Positions 1 to 11,651 are shown, numbered from the stretch's first letter. The stretch is 64,000 nucleotides of DNA from Terriglobales bacterium (GCA_049300475.1 JBAQJU010000335.1:10578-74577), one strand, 5' to 3'. A program made the numbers and translations. Notes: generated by a model not told the origin, from the letters alone.

Positions 1-223
1 CGTTGGTCAGCTTGACGCCGAGCTGAATCTTGATGGCGGCGCGCGACATGCGCAGAGCCTGCAGGTCGGTATTGGCCACGATGAATTCGATGTGCTCCAT
101 GCCGGAGTCGATCATGCGGTTGACCGCGTTGTTGCCGCCGCCGCCGACACCGATGACCTTGATGCGGGCGTCGTTGCGGGCTTCTTCGTTAAAGCAGATG
201 CGGAGTCCGTTGTCTTCGATCAT
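1..223 (-). CDS. ftsZ: Cell division protein FtsZ, 5' part only (gene runs off the left edge of the window)
   Basis: Reverse translation from ATG (complement of 221-223) gives [57 protein letters not shown], the canonical FtsZ N-terminus. It lies directly downstream of ftsA. It is absent from the ORF track because it is truncated. Confidence 0.9.
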   Translation of the reverse strand, partial: MIEDNGLRICFNEEARNDARIKVIGVGGGGNNAVNRMIDSGMEHIEFIVANTDLQALRMSRAAIKIQLGVKLTN

Positions 224-232
224 GAAACACCT

Positions 233-298
233 CGTCGTTCGTCGTTGGCTGTTCGTCGTTCGCTATTCGCGTCAAGCTCCTAGCTGTTAGTTCTTAGC
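233..298. repeat. Heptanucleotide-periodic spacer between ftsA and ftsZ
   Basis: The + strand in 7-nt register reads CGTCGTT CGTCGTT GGCTGTT CGTCGTT CGCTATT CGCGTCA AGCTCCT AGCTGTT AGTTCTT. The sense (-) strand shows TAA, TAA, TAG at 7-nt spacing, so all three frames are covered. The element ends 10 nt before the ftsZ ATG. Confidence 0.8.
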
Positions 299-389
299 AA
301 AATCCTGTGCCGGCTTTCGCCGGCGTTACCTCTCAAAACTCTCGCCCCGCTCTGCTCGCTACGCGGACAGGAGTGTCCGCGCTGCACGA

Positions 390-1610
390 TCATGCGCCCT
401 TTTTCGCGAACAACGCTTTCATCCTCGACCCGAAACCTGGTTCTTGCAGGCCTCTGGCTAATCGTGCCCGGTGTCCGTAATAGACCATGCCGAGCGTGGT
501 TGCGAATTCGGGCTCGGCTAGCAACGACGGCATCTTTGCCATGGGCGTCGGCCACGCCAGACGCGCAGCTTTGCGCAAAATCGATTCCGCGACATCGAGG
601 ATGCCGGGAAGGCGCGATGCGCCTCCGCTGAGGACAAATCCTGCAACGCAGTGGTTAAGAACGCCTGCCTGGCGCAGGTTTTCGCGCATCAACTCGAAGA
701 GTTCGCGGGCGCGCGGGCCCAGAATCTCGCCTGTCATTCGCTGGGACATCATCCGGGACGGACGATCCCCAACCGAAGGGACTTCGACTTCGTTTCCTTC
801 GGGAATCAGCGTGGGCACGGCATTGCCGAAGGTTTTCTTCAGCATTTCCGCGTCGGCGAGGCCGGTGCACATGCCGACCGACAGATCGCTGGTGAAGTGG
901 TCGCCGCCAATCGGGATGACCGCGGTATGCGCGACCGCGCCTTGCTGAAACACAATCAGGTCGCAGGAGCCCGCGCCGAGATCGGCGAGGCAGACTCCAA
1001 GTTCGCGCTCGTCGGAACGCAGCACCGAATCGGCACAAGCCAGCGGCTCAAAGATGGTGTCGTCGACGTGCACAGCAGCCTTGTTTACGGCGGTCACCAG
1101 ATTTTGAGTTGCGCTCGAGGACGCGGTAACGATATGCACGCGAACTTCCAGGCGCGTGGCCATCATCCCATTGGGATCCTGCACGCCGGGTTGATCGTCG
1201 AGAATAAATTCCTGGGGCAGCAGATGGAGGATCTCGCGGTCCGCCGGCAACGGCACGGTGCGCGCCTTGTCGACGGCCTGGCGAATTTCTTCCCGGCCAA
1301 TTTCGCGCGCGCGCGCGCCAAAACTGATGCCACCATGACTGTTCATGCCGCGGATGTGCGCGCCGGCAATGCCGATGATGGCGTGCTCGATTGGAATCCC
1401 GGCGACGTCTTCAGCGAGTTCGACGGCCTTTTGAATGCTGCTGACCGCCTTGTCGAGTTCGGTGATGATTCCCTTGCGCAGGCCGCGCGATTGGCTGATG
1501 CCATGTCCGCGATAGCGCAGGCCGGTGTCACTTAGCTCGGCGACCAGCACGCTGGTCTTGGCGCTGCCTACGTCAATGGCGGTAATGAAATTGGGCTCGC
1601 GGCTGGCCAT
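390..1610 (-). CDS. ftsA: Cell division protein FtsA (actin-like ATPase)
   Basis: 406-aa ORF. ITAIDVGSAKTSVLVAE and CLADLGAGSCDL are actin-fold phosphate motifs. It is flanked by ftsQ and ftsZ. Confidence 0.9.
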   Translation of the reverse strand: MASREPNFITAIDVGSAKTSVLVAELSDTGLRYRGHGISQSRGLRKGIITELDKAVSSIQKAVELAEDVAGIPIEHAIIGIAGAHIRGMNSHGGISFGARAREIGREEIRQAVDKARTVPLPADREILHLLPQEFILDDQPGVQDPNGMMATRLEVRVHIVTASSSATQNLVTAVNKAAVHVDDTIFEPLACADSVLRSDERELGVCLADLGAGSCDLIVFQQGAVAHTAVIPIGGDHFTSDLSVGMCTGLADAEMLKKTFGNAVPTLIPEGNEVEVPSVGDRPSRMMSQRMTGEILGPRARELFELMRENLRQAGVLNHCVAGFVLSGGASRLPGILDVAESILRKAARLAWPTPMAKMPSLLAEPEFATTLGMVYYGHRARLARGLQEPGFGSRMKALFAKKGA

Positions 1611-1621
1611 GATGATGATCG

Positions 1622-3247
1622 CTAGTTCTGCGGAGTCTCCTTTGGAATTGCTGGGCTCGGCTTTTTCAGGCCTGCAGCTGCAGACGAAACGGGCGCTGGT
1701 GTTGGCGTCCTGTTGGCGGTCGAGACAACGGTTGTTGCCGGACCGGACGCTGCCCGCTTCGGACTTGCCGAATCCGGAAAGGGTTTGCCGGGCGCTGTCT
1801 TGCCAGGCGCGGTCTTGCCTGGCATTGTCTTGCGATCTGCAGGAGCCTTGCCGGGCGTATTCGGCGCAATCGCGTGCAATGCCGCTGAGTTTCGGGACGC
1901 CACCGTCTTCACCCTTGCTCGCGCTTTCGGCTTCGGCCGTACATGATGCGCAGCCGCCTTAGAGGCCGTTTTCCCGACTGCCTTCACACCGGCCCTTGCA
2001 TCGGATTTCACACCAGTCTTCGACTCGGCCCTAGTATCTGCCATCGATTCAGCATTCGCGCCGGCCTTCGATTCAGACTTCGCGGATCCAGATTTCGGCG
2101 CGACTTTCGACGTAGCCTCTCCTGGCTTCGTCGCCGGAGCAGGCGGCGCGGAATGATTTATAAACTTCTCGTAATTCACGATGGCGGCGTTTCTGACGCC
2201 CGCGGCCAGTGCCGCTTTGGCGGCCGCGTGCGTGAGCGCGGGCTGTCGAGCCAACCCCTCCAGATCGGGATTCACGATGATTTGTCCGTCGTAGCGCAAA
2301 TCGACCGAGTCAAGTTTTGCGAACTGCTGCCGCCAGGCTTGCACGTGAGTCACGTAAATTCGGTATCGCTGCAGATAATTCGCGGAGCCGAGATGCACGA
2401 GCACTTCGCCCTCGGGATCGGCGGTCAGCACTTTCACGTCCTCGGTATCGGTGAGGTCGACTTCGCTCATCTCCTGCGAGTAACGGGCTCCGCTCGAATC
2501 GAGTTGTTGCATGAGTTCGTTGTAATTCTTCATCCGCGCCGCACGTGCCGAAAGCGCTTCGCCCGCATTCATGCCGGTAATCACGGGGAAGGAATATTTA
2601 TGCTTGCCTCCGGGCGCGAGCTCCATCAGGTTGCCGCCGGCGTCGATCAGTGAGATGTGCGAGCCGATGCGGGCGAAGGCGACGGGTGTGCGTTCATGAA
2701 TCTCGATGCGCAGCCGATTCGGGACAAAGCGCATCACGCTGGCCGATTCCACCCACGGAATCTGCTCGAGCTGCTGTTTGCGCTGGAAAAGCGGGACGAA
2801 AAAGATATTGCGGCCGATGTCGCCACCGAGCACTTCCATAATTTGCGCGTGCGAGACGTGCGCCGAGCCCGAGACCTCAATCTGATCGCTGGAATCGATG
2901 CGAAAACGCCAGGAATGTTTCCCGTAGCGAAAGAGAGCCGCGCCGGACGCGCCGGCAATCGCCAGTACGAAGAGCGCCAGCAAGATCCACTTCAGCTGTT
3001 GCGCAGTCTTTTTCGGGAGCGATCCACGCCGGGCGGAGACGCGCTTTTGCCCCCGCAGGAAGGGAGATTCCTGCTCCGCTTCGAGATCGACCAGGCGCGC
3101 ATCGTCGAATCTCTCGCGATCAGAAGCATCGCGCTCGAATGTCTCACGCGTGGAAGGGTCGTGTTCGGAAGCGTCGTACCGGGACGACCCGCGCGGGAGC
3201 GGATACAATTCTTCCTGCACGGCGGTGGAACTTGATTTCCGCGCCAC
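1622..3247 (-). CDS. ftsQ: Cell division protein FtsQ with a long low-complexity C-terminal tail
   Basis: 541 aa with a GTG start. It has a charged cytoplasmic N-terminus, one TM helix (WILLALFVLAIAGASGAALF) and a POTRA/FtsQ-like core. About 190 aa of A/K/P/S/T-rich tail follows, including GKTAPGKTAPGKP. It sits immediately upstream of ftsA. Confidence 0.8.
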   Translation of the reverse strand: MARKSSSTAVQEELYPLPRGSSRYDASEHDPSTRETFERDASDRERFDDARLVDLEAEQESPFLRGQKRVSARRGSLPKKTAQQLKWILLALFVLAIAGASGAALFRYGKHSWRFRIDSSDQIEVSGSAHVSHAQIMEVLGGDIGRNIFFVPLFQRKQQLEQIPWVESASVMRFVPNRLRIEIHERTPVAFARIGSHISLIDAGGNLMELAPGGKHKYSFPVITGMNAGEALSARAARMKNYNELMQQLDSSGARYSQEMSEVDLTDTEDVKVLTADPEGEVLVHLGSANYLQRYRIYVTHVQAWRQQFAKLDSVDLRYDGQIIVNPDLEGLARQPALTHAAAKAALAAGVRNAAIVNYEKFINHSAPPAPATKPGEATSKVAPKSGSAKSESKAGANAESMADTRAESKTGVKSDARAGVKAVGKTASKAAAHHVRPKPKARARVKTVASRNSAALHAIAPNTPGKAPADRKTMPGKTAPGKTAPGKPFPDSASPKRAASGPATTVVSTANRTPTPAPVSSAAAGLKKPSPAIPKETPQN

Positions 3248-3346
3248 TCGTTCGAGTCAGTTGTCGACAGAAAACCGCTGAGCAAAATTACTATAGCTGT
3301 TTTTTGAGGAACGAGACAGTGCAAAATCGAGTGCGCGCCCCAAGAA

Positions 3347-3925
3347 TCATGGAACGAATCTTAATTTGTTATCGGACAAATCGGCCATGGAGTCCAAGGC
3401 GACGCGAATCCCAGATTGGGCGCAGGTTTCAGGGTCGACCACCATCCCACGGTCACCTGCAAGGTCACGAACTCGGACTTGCACGCGATTGCTGAAACGC
3501 ATTTCTTTTCGGGAGCGTTGCAGTTCGGCCCGCGGTAATTCGATTTGGGCGCGGACCATCTCCTTCTGAGCGCGGATCATCTCTTTTTGACCGAGAACCT
3601 GCTCCCGGATGCGATCACGAAACAGATCGGTTCGCTTGAGAGCCTCTTCCCGCATTCCCTCGGCCTGATCTTCCGCCACTTGTCGCGCATCGGCTAGTTG
3701 CCTTGCATCGGCGAGCAAATCGCCAGCCGGGCCCGCGGGGCGTCCGACGATCAGCCTCGCCATGGCGAAGGTTCTCTGTGCACCGGTGGCAAGCCGGCAA
3801 AACCTGGAACTGCCGCACGAAGCCAGGCGATGGAGGACAGGAAACGCCCCTCGCTGATACTCACTGGTGAATGCGAAGGCTAGAAGTCCGAGGGCGAACC
3901 AGTACGTAGCTTTTTGGCTATTCAT
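3347..3925 (-). CDS. Hypothetical membrane-anchored coiled-coil protein
   Basis: 192-aa ORF. The N-terminus is hydrophobic (YWFALGLLAFAFT). Internal repeats are charged (LADARQLADARQV; KEMIRAQKEMVRAQ). No family was recognised. Confidence 0.45.
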   Translation of the reverse strand: MNSQKATYWFALGLLAFAFTSEYQRGAFPVLHRLASCGSSRFCRLATGAQRTFAMARLIVGRPAGPAGDLLADARQLADARQVAEDQAEGMREEALKRTDLFRDRIREQVLGQKEMIRAQKEMVRAQIELPRAELQRSRKEMRFSNRVQVRVRDLAGDRGMVVDPETCAQSGIRVALDSMADLSDNKLRFVP

Positions 3926-4261
3926 GGAAACTCACCGTCAGAACATTGGACGAGGGGCGGGACAAAAGGTCAACAAGACAAAGTGAAGCGACCAGGCTCT
4001 GATGGCCTTGCCAGGGTACAAGAAAGTTGAGTGCAAAGTTGAATGCGAAGGACGCGGATGCGCCCGGGTGGTGACTTTGTGTCAATTACGAAACGCCTGC
4101 CATCCGAGACTTGGACGCAAAGAGCGCGAGTGGCGTAGAATTGCCGCGCTTTGTGTCCTACACGATTTACCGGATTTTTATGGGGACTGCGATGTAGTAA
4201 CGTGCGTGCCCGCGCTCAGAAGGTAGGCCCTTATTTAAACTAAAAAGGGGAAAGGCACACT

Positions 4262-5620
4262 ATGAAGCTCGTAAACCTCGCTTACTGTAGTGTAGTCGTA
4301 GTCGCGCTGATCCTGGCGACGGGCATTTGGAAACCAATGACAAATGCGCTCGCCAACAACAATAGTGCCGTTAGCACCGGAGTACCGCATTTCCGAGTCG
4401 ATCCGAATTGGCCAAAACCACTTCCGGCTCCAGTTGGCACGGATGGCATCGCACACACCTGGGTGCAGGGAGAAGTAGCGGGAACCTGCATCGATGCGGA
4501 CGATAACGTATTCACAGTAAACCGCGCGTGGGAGGTCGGAGTGAGCATTGCCGGCGTCACGCAAGGAAACGAATCGGGAATGATCGTCGGTCAGGACGCC
4601 TCCGCCTCGGCGATTCCTGCGCCGGTGATTCTGGAATTTAATTCGGCGGGCAAGGTCGTGAACGGCTTTGGCAACGCCGCGCTCACGCAGTCAGGTTCCA
4701 CGTATGGCGGCAGCGTATACATGCCTTACGGCTCCCATGGCTGCTTCGTGGATTACCAAGGCAACATCTGGACGGCCGGCAACGGTGACGGCATCGTTCA
4801 GAAATACGCGCACGATGGCGGCAACGGAGTCGCGCTGATGCAAATCGGGACGAAGGGCGTATGCGACGGACCGGCGAACAACAGCACGGTTGGCGGCACC
4901 GTCGTCTATTCCACTTGTGGCGAAGCTAACGACTTTAACAGCAGTCACACGCTGCTGAACGAGCCGGCGGACGTCACGGTCGATCCCAAGAACGATCCGG
5001 TCACCGGACAGCCGGGCGATATTTATATTGCCGACGGCTACGGAAATCACCGAATCGTGGTCTTCGACGCGAATGGCAACTACCTTCGCCAGTTCGGCAC
5101 GAAGTGCACGTCGACGCCGTGTCCGGGTGGCACATTCGGAGCGACGGGTGGCGGCCATCCGCACTGCGTGGTGCTGGGCAAGGACAATCTGGTGTACACC
5201 TGCGACCGTCCCAACAGCCGTATTGAAGTCTGGGACAAGATGGGCAATTACCTCCATTCGATCTCGGTGGGCGATGCGCCGGGCGCAACCGCGGGCGATC
5301 AGGCCGCGATCCTGAAGGCGGGCACACGGGCTTGTGACATGGACTTCTGGCCCAACATCGATTATCTGGGGGACAAGGGTCCGCAAAGCCAGAAATACAT
5401 CATCGACGTAGACTTGGGGAATGACAACGCCTGGGTTCTGGACAGGGAGAAAGGAGACATCCTGGGCGCGCTCGGCGCCTGCGGGATTGCTCCATGTCCA
5501 GGCCACAATGCCGGTCACTTTGGCTTCTCGCACACCGGCGCGGTGGACTCTCAAGGGAACGTGTACGTTGCGGAAACCATCACGGGCAGGCGCATCCAGA
5601 AATTCGTTCCAGTGAATTGA
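4262..5620 (+). CDS. Secreted NHL-repeat beta-propeller protein
   Basis: 452 aa with a signal-like N-terminus. NHL-type blades recur: IYIADGYGNHRIVVFDANGNYLRQFG, LVYTCDRPNSRIEVWDKMGNYL, VYVAETITGRRIQKF. An AGGGGA ribosome-binding site precedes the ATG. Confidence 0.7.
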   Translation: MKLVNLAYCSVVVVALILATGIWKPMTNALANNNSAVSTGVPHFRVDPNWPKPLPAPVGTDGIAHTWVQGEVAGTCIDADDNVFTVNRAWEVGVSIAGVTQGNESGMIVGQDASASAIPAPVILEFNSAGKVVNGFGNAALTQSGSTYGGSVYMPYGSHGCFVDYQGNIWTAGNGDGIVQKYAHDGGNGVALMQIGTKGVCDGPANNSTVGGTVVYSTCGEANDFNSSHTLLNEPADVTVDPKNDPVTGQPGDIYIADGYGNHRIVVFDANGNYLRQFGTKCTSTPCPGGTFGATGGGHPHCVVLGKDNLVYTCDRPNSRIEVWDKMGNYLHSISVGDAPGATAGDQAAILKAGTRACDMDFWPNIDYLGDKGPQSQKYIIDVDLGNDNAWVLDREKGDILGALGACGIAPCPGHNAGHFGFSHTGAVDSQGNVYVAETITGRRIQKFVPVN

Positions 5621-5677
5621 TGGACAGCGATCCAACACAGAGGTAGCTATCGGATAGCGGCCGGGAAGAAAAACTCT

Positions 5678-5728
5678 TGTGGTGACGGGGCTCCGCCCCG
5701 TTCAGCGGGGCAAAGCCCCGCCACCACA
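5678..5728. repeat. 51-bp palindromic REP-like element, copy A
   Basis: TGTGGTGACGGGGCTCCGCCCCG ttcag CGGGGCAAAGCCCCGCCACCACA. It is about 90 percent identical, in reverse orientation, to 49206-49257. A half copy lies at 26496-26519. Confidence 0.8.
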
Positions 5729-5773
5729 CAAGTGGGCCCCCGACCGCCGTCCGTGGCTAGTGGAGGTTTCCCG

Positions 5774-7117
5774 ATGTCTCGGCGTGTAGTGCTTTTCATT
5801 ATTCCTATTTTTCTTGTTGCATCCTTTTCCTTGCCTGCCGTGGCGCATGATGTGCCACTGAATACGGCGGTGAATGCATTCGTTAAGATGGAGCCGCACG
5901 AGGCGCATCTCGTGATTCGTGTGCCCGTCGACCTGCTGCATTCGGTGCAATTTCCGATGAATGGAAATCTGTATGACCTCGCGGCCTCGGGGCCGGGGAC
6001 CGAAATCGCGCTGCGGGGCATCGCTCAAGGGATCGACATCCGGGAGAATGGCGTGCGGCTTGGGGCTACCAGCGCGATGGGGCGCTTTGATCTGCCTTCG
6101 GACCGCTCGTTTGAGGACTACGATCGGGCGGCGGCGCATGTGGCGGAACCCGTCGACCCGCACACCGGAATTTATTTCGATCAGGGATATCTGGATGCGC
6201 ATTTCATTTATCCGATCCGCTCGGCCAGTTCTGTTTTCACAATCCAGACAACGCTTGCGGGAGATTTGAAAGATCTGGTGAAGCTTACCGTTCGCTTTGA
6301 GCCGATGGAGGGCTCGTCGCGCGCGTTCATCATTACTTCGAATAGCGGGCAGGTTCCGCTGGATCCGACGTGGCTTCAGGCTTCGAGAGGTTTCGTGGTT
6401 CTGGGAGTGGAACATATTCTGAGCGGCATCGATCACCTGCTTTTTCTCTTGTGCCTGATTATTCCGTTTCGGAAGATTCGCGGGCTGATCCCCGTGATTA
6501 CGGCGTTTACGCTGGGACATTCGGTGACGCTGCTTGGGTCGGCTTTTAATCTGGCACCGAGCGGGGCGTGGTTTCCTCCGTTCGTGGAGACGGCGATTGC
6601 GGCTTCGATTCTTTACATGGCGCTGGAAAATATTGTGGGCGCAAATTTGCATCGTCGATGGATCATCGCTGGACTTTTCGGGCTGGTCCACGGATTCGGT
6701 TTCTCCTATGCGCTGAAAGACCAACTGCAATTTGCCGGGTCGCACCTGCTGGTGTCGCTGTTCTCTTTCAACGTGGGGATTGAGATTGGGCAGCTGGCGG
6801 TTCTATGTGTAACGGTTCCCGCGCTTGGGTTGCTGTTTCGCGGCGCGCTTGCGGGACGAATGGGAGTGGTTCTGCTTTCGGCGATTGTGGCGCATACCGC
6901 CTGGCATTGGATGGTCGACCGGTGGAATGTGCTGTGGGCGGCTCCGTGGCCACAGGTAACCGGGGAAGGAATCATGATATTCGCGCGCTGGATCGCGGGC
7001 TTGCTGCTGGCTATTGGCCTGGCGAGGATGGTTGCGCGGTGGATTGAGCGCAAACGTCCGGGTGCCTTGGTGCCTATTCCGGCCGAAGATGAGGCGGAGC
7101 GGTTACAGGAAGTGTGA
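5774..7117 (+). CDS. HupE/UreJ-family membrane protein with an N-terminal periplasmic domain
   Basis: The track start at 5732 (GTG) abuts the REP element. ATG 5774 gives the signal peptide MSRRVVLFIIPIFLVASFSLPAVAHD. The C-terminal half has EHILSGIDHLLFLLCLIIPF plus several TM helices, as in HupE/UreJ_2. Confidence 0.65.
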   Translation: MSRRVVLFIIPIFLVASFSLPAVAHDVPLNTAVNAFVKMEPHEAHLVIRVPVDLLHSVQFPMNGNLYDLAASGPGTEIALRGIAQGIDIRENGVRLGATSAMGRFDLPSDRSFEDYDRAAAHVAEPVDPHTGIYFDQGYLDAHFIYPIRSASSVFTIQTTLAGDLKDLVKLTVRFEPMEGSSRAFIITSNSGQVPLDPTWLQASRGFVVLGVEHILSGIDHLLFLLCLIIPFRKIRGLIPVITAFTLGHSVTLLGSAFNLAPSGAWFPPFVETAIAASILYMALENIVGANLHRRWIIAGLFGLVHGFGFSYALKDQLQFAGSHLLVSLFSFNVGIEIGQLAVLCVTVPALGLLFRGALAGRMGVVLLSAIVAHTAWHWMVDRWNVLWAAPWPQVTGEGIMIFARWIAGLLLAIGLARMVARWIERKRPGALVPIPAEDEAERLQEV

Positions 7118-7192
7118 TCGGCTCGGATGTAGCTTTAAGGACGTCTGCTGCTGTCCGCGTATTGCGGGCTTTCAACGTCGCTGTCGTGGTGA

Positions 7193-8599
7193 TTAACTGC
7201 CGTGCTCCAGCCTCTCCAAAATCATTGGCCCGAGTTGGGAGATGCTGCCGGCCCCCAGAGTTAGAACCATGTCTCCAGGCTGGGCGAGGGTCGCGACTTT
7301 TTCGGCGGCATCGGTGAATGTCGCGGCGTATTCGGGAGTTCTGCCTGCCGCCGCTGCGATGCGGGCGGCTAGAGCTTTGGCGGTTACGCCTTCGATCGGC
7401 TTCTCGCTGGCGGGATAGATGTCGAGCAGGCAGAGCGTGTCGGCGTCGGCGAAGGCGGTGGCGAATTCGTCCATCAAATCATGGGTTCGTGTATAGCGGT
7501 GGGGCTGGAAGATAACGTGGACGCGGCGATATCCGCACTGGCGCGCGGCGGCGAGCGTGGCGCGGATTTCGGTGGGGTGGTGTCCGTAATCGTCGACCAC
7601 GCTCACTCCAGCGGCTTTGCCTTTGAGCTGGAAGCGGCGATCCACGCCACGAAAACCGTCGAGCGCGGAACGGATATGGTCCGCGGGAATGTCGAGCGCA
7701 ACGCCGACCGCGATCGCGGCGGTTGCGTTGAGCACGTTATGCGTTCCCGGCACGCGCAGGATGAATTCGCCGAGGTCTCTGTTCTTAAGATCCTTCTCTT
7801 GGTACGTAACTCGAAAACGGCTGAGGGGCGATTGGTCTCGAGCGGCATGAGATTGCTCAAGCCGTATAAGGAAATCGGATCCTTTGCTGGTTCCATAGCT
7901 GGTCACGCGCCGATGGACGCGCGGCAGCAGGCGTTCGAGAACGGGATCGTCGTGGCATCCGACGACTAGGCCGTAAAACGGCACGCGCTCCATGAATTCA
8001 AGAAAGGTGCGATGCACGTCGCGCATATCGCGATAGCAGTCCATGTGCTCGCGGTCAATGTTGGTGACGACGGAGAGAATGGGCGACAGCTTGAGGAATG
8101 ACCGGTCGCTCTCGTCAGCTTCGGCGACGAGGTATTGCGACTTGCCCAAGCGCGCGTTTGAGCCTAGGGCATCGACGCGGCCTCCGACGACGACGGTGGG
8201 ATCGAGGCCGCCAGCAGCGAGGACTGCGGCGACCATCGACGTGGTAGTCGTTTTGCCGTGCATGCCGGCGATGGCGATTCCATACTTCAGGCGCATCAGT
8301 TCGGCGAGCATCTCGGCGCGTTGAATCACGGGGATGTGAAGGCGGCGCGCTTCGGCGACTTCGGCATTGTCGATCGAGATGGCGGAACTGGTGACGACTA
8401 CATCCGCGCCTGCGATGTTCGACGCGGCGTGGCCTTCGAAAGTCTGAGCTCCTAAGCTCGCCAGGCGCTGCGTGACCGCGGAACTCTTCAGATCGGAGCC
8501 GGAGATTTTGTAGCCGAGGTTCAGCAGGACCTCGGCGATCCCGCTCATGCCGATACCGCCGATGCCTACGAAATGGATGCGCTGGATCTTGGCAAACAT
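7193..8599 (-). CDS. murC: UDP-N-acetylmuramate--L-alanine ligase
   Basis: 468 aa. [18 protein letters not shown] and [11 protein letters not shown] are Mur ligase motifs. It lies next to murG. Confidence 0.92.
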   Translation of the reverse strand: MFAKIQRIHFVGIGGIGMSGIAEVLLNLGYKISGSDLKSSAVTQRLASLGAQTFEGHAASNIAGADVVVTSSAISIDNAEVAEARRLHIPVIQRAEMLAELMRLKYGIAIAGMHGKTTTTSMVAAVLAAGGLDPTVVVGGRVDALGSNARLGKSQYLVAEADESDRSFLKLSPILSVVTNIDREHMDCYRDMRDVHRTFLEFMERVPFYGLVVGCHDDPVLERLLPRVHRRVTSYGTSKGSDFLIRLEQSHAARDQSPLSRFRVTYQEKDLKNRDLGEFILRVPGTHNVLNATAAIAVGVALDIPADHIRSALDGFRGVDRRFQLKGKAAGVSVVDDYGHHPTEIRATLAAARQCGYRRVHVIFQPHRYTRTHDLMDEFATAFADADTLCLLDIYPASEKPIEGVTAKALAARIAAAAGRTPEYAATFTDAAEKVATLAQPGDMVLTLGAGSISQLGPMILERLEHGS

Positions 8600-8630
8600 G
8601 AATTTCGATGTGGCGCACGCTGATCATAAA

Positions 8631-8755
8631 GCATTCACCGCCGAGACGCAGAGGACGCCGAGAAAACCCTTTAACTACGAAGGACACAGAGGTGCACGGA
8701 GGAAACCAGTTTTTCTTTTTCCCTTCCTCTGCGCCCTCAACGCTTTCTGCGGTTC
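8631..8755. repeat. REP family 2 element (TTKDT-HxG type) in the murG-murC gap
   Basis: The core is AACTACGAAGGACACAGAGGTGCACGGAGG. Long-range complementary arms are GACGCAGAGGA and TCCTCTGCGCC. Related copies lie at about 20757-20848 and 54456-54560. Confidence 0.7.
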
Positions 8756-8760
8756 ATGCT

Positions 8761-9852
8761 TTATTCATGAGGGGCGAGGGCGAGGCTCTTGACCATCTCC
8801 GCGATTTCTTCGACTGCTTTTGGATGAGCGAGGGAACGTGCTGCCTCCGACATGCCTTGCATGCGGTGCGGGTCGAAGAACATCGCGGCAATTGTTTCGA
8901 CCAGGTACGCTGCGCCGAGATTCGATTCTTCGACTACGATCGCGGCTCCGACGCGCTCCAGAGCGCGGGCGTTTACGTTCTGATGATCGTCGGCGGCTTG
9001 TGGAAAGGGGACAAAGATCGCGGGCTTGCCGGCGGCGGTGATTTCTCCGACCGTGCTCGCGCCGGAGCGGCAGACGAGCAGGTCGGCGCGGGCGAAGGTT
9101 GCAGGCATATCGTCAATGAATCTGTGCACTTCGCTCGCGATTCCTGATTGCTGGTAAGCAGCGAGAACGTTGTCGTAGTCGCGCTGGCCGGTCTGATGAA
9201 TGATGTGAATCGCGGGAACCTTTGCGCGCAGGCCGGGCAGCGACTCGATCATCGCCTGATTGATGGCGCGCGCGCCTTGGCTGCCTCCGAAGACGAGGAG
9301 GGTGGGAGCACTCTTGCTTCCCACGTTCGCATCTTTGATTGGGATATTGAAGAACGCTTCGCGCACTGGGACTCCTGTTACTTTGCAATTGTGAAAATAC
9401 TCGCAAGTTTCCTCGAAGTGCACCGCGGCGGCGGAGACGAAGTGGGCGACCAGACGATTCGCAAATCCGGGGACCACGTTCGGCTCGAAGGCCAGGGTGG
9501 GAATGCGGCGGCGAATCGCGGCCAGCATGGCGGGGCCGGAAGCGTATCCGCCGACTCCGATGACTACGTCAGGACGGAAGTCGGAGACCATGCGGCCTGC
9601 GGTCCAGAGCGCTCGCGGGAGATCGAACATGGTTTTGGCGCGCGTCATGAGGCTGACGTTTTTTAGCGCGCCGACTTTGATCAGTTCGAGGGGGAATCCG
9701 GCTTGCGGAACGAGACGCGTTTCAATGCCACGCGCGGTGCCGATGAAGAGCACTTCGGCGGCGAACTGCTTTTTGAGTTGCTGGGCGATGGCGAGGGCGG
9801 GGATGACGTGTCCGCCGGTGCCTCCGCCCGCGATGATGACGCGCATGGTCAA
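8761..9852 (-). CDS. murG: Undecaprenyldiphospho-muramoylpentapeptide beta-N-acetylglucosaminyltransferase
   Basis: 363 aa. [21 protein letters not shown] is the MurG N-terminal motif. Confidence 0.92.
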   Translation of the reverse strand: MTMRVIIAGGGTGGHVIPALAIAQQLKKQFAAEVLFIGTARGIETRLVPQAGFPLELIKVGALKNVSLMTRAKTMFDLPRALWTAGRMVSDFRPDVVIGVGGYASGPAMLAAIRRRIPTLAFEPNVVPGFANRLVAHFVSAAAVHFEETCEYFHNCKVTGVPVREAFFNIPIKDANVGSKSAPTLLVFGGSQGARAINQAMIESLPGLRAKVPAIHIIHQTGQRDYDNVLAAYQQSGIASEVHRFIDDMPATFARADLLVCRSGASTVGEITAAGKPAIFVPFPQAADDHQNVNARALERVGAAIVVEESNLGAAYLVETIAAMFFDPHRMQGMSEAARSLAHPKAVEEIAEMVKSLALAPHE

Positions 9853-9912
9853 CAGCAGAATCTACACCCTCGATAGTTCATGAGTGATAGGGTAGGCCGC
9901 CCTCTGCGCGAC

Positions 9913-11517
<1,605 letters not shown>

Positions 11518-11651
11518 CTACCGAAACGGTGTATAAGCTGGTTGCCGTCGGGTTCGAAAAGTGAATCGGCGTGGCAACGAGGGAAATCGAAGTTTCAAAG
11601 TTGTTATGACGACAATCTCCGGACCCCTGGTTCCGGCGGGAGAAAACGAGA

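Noticed and set aside
11530-11640. Calling a canonical TPP riboswitch feature here.
   Set aside because: The invariant CUGAGA and ACCUGAUCUGG elements are not present as such, and only loose resemblance was found. It is reported as a finding to be tested rather than as a feature.
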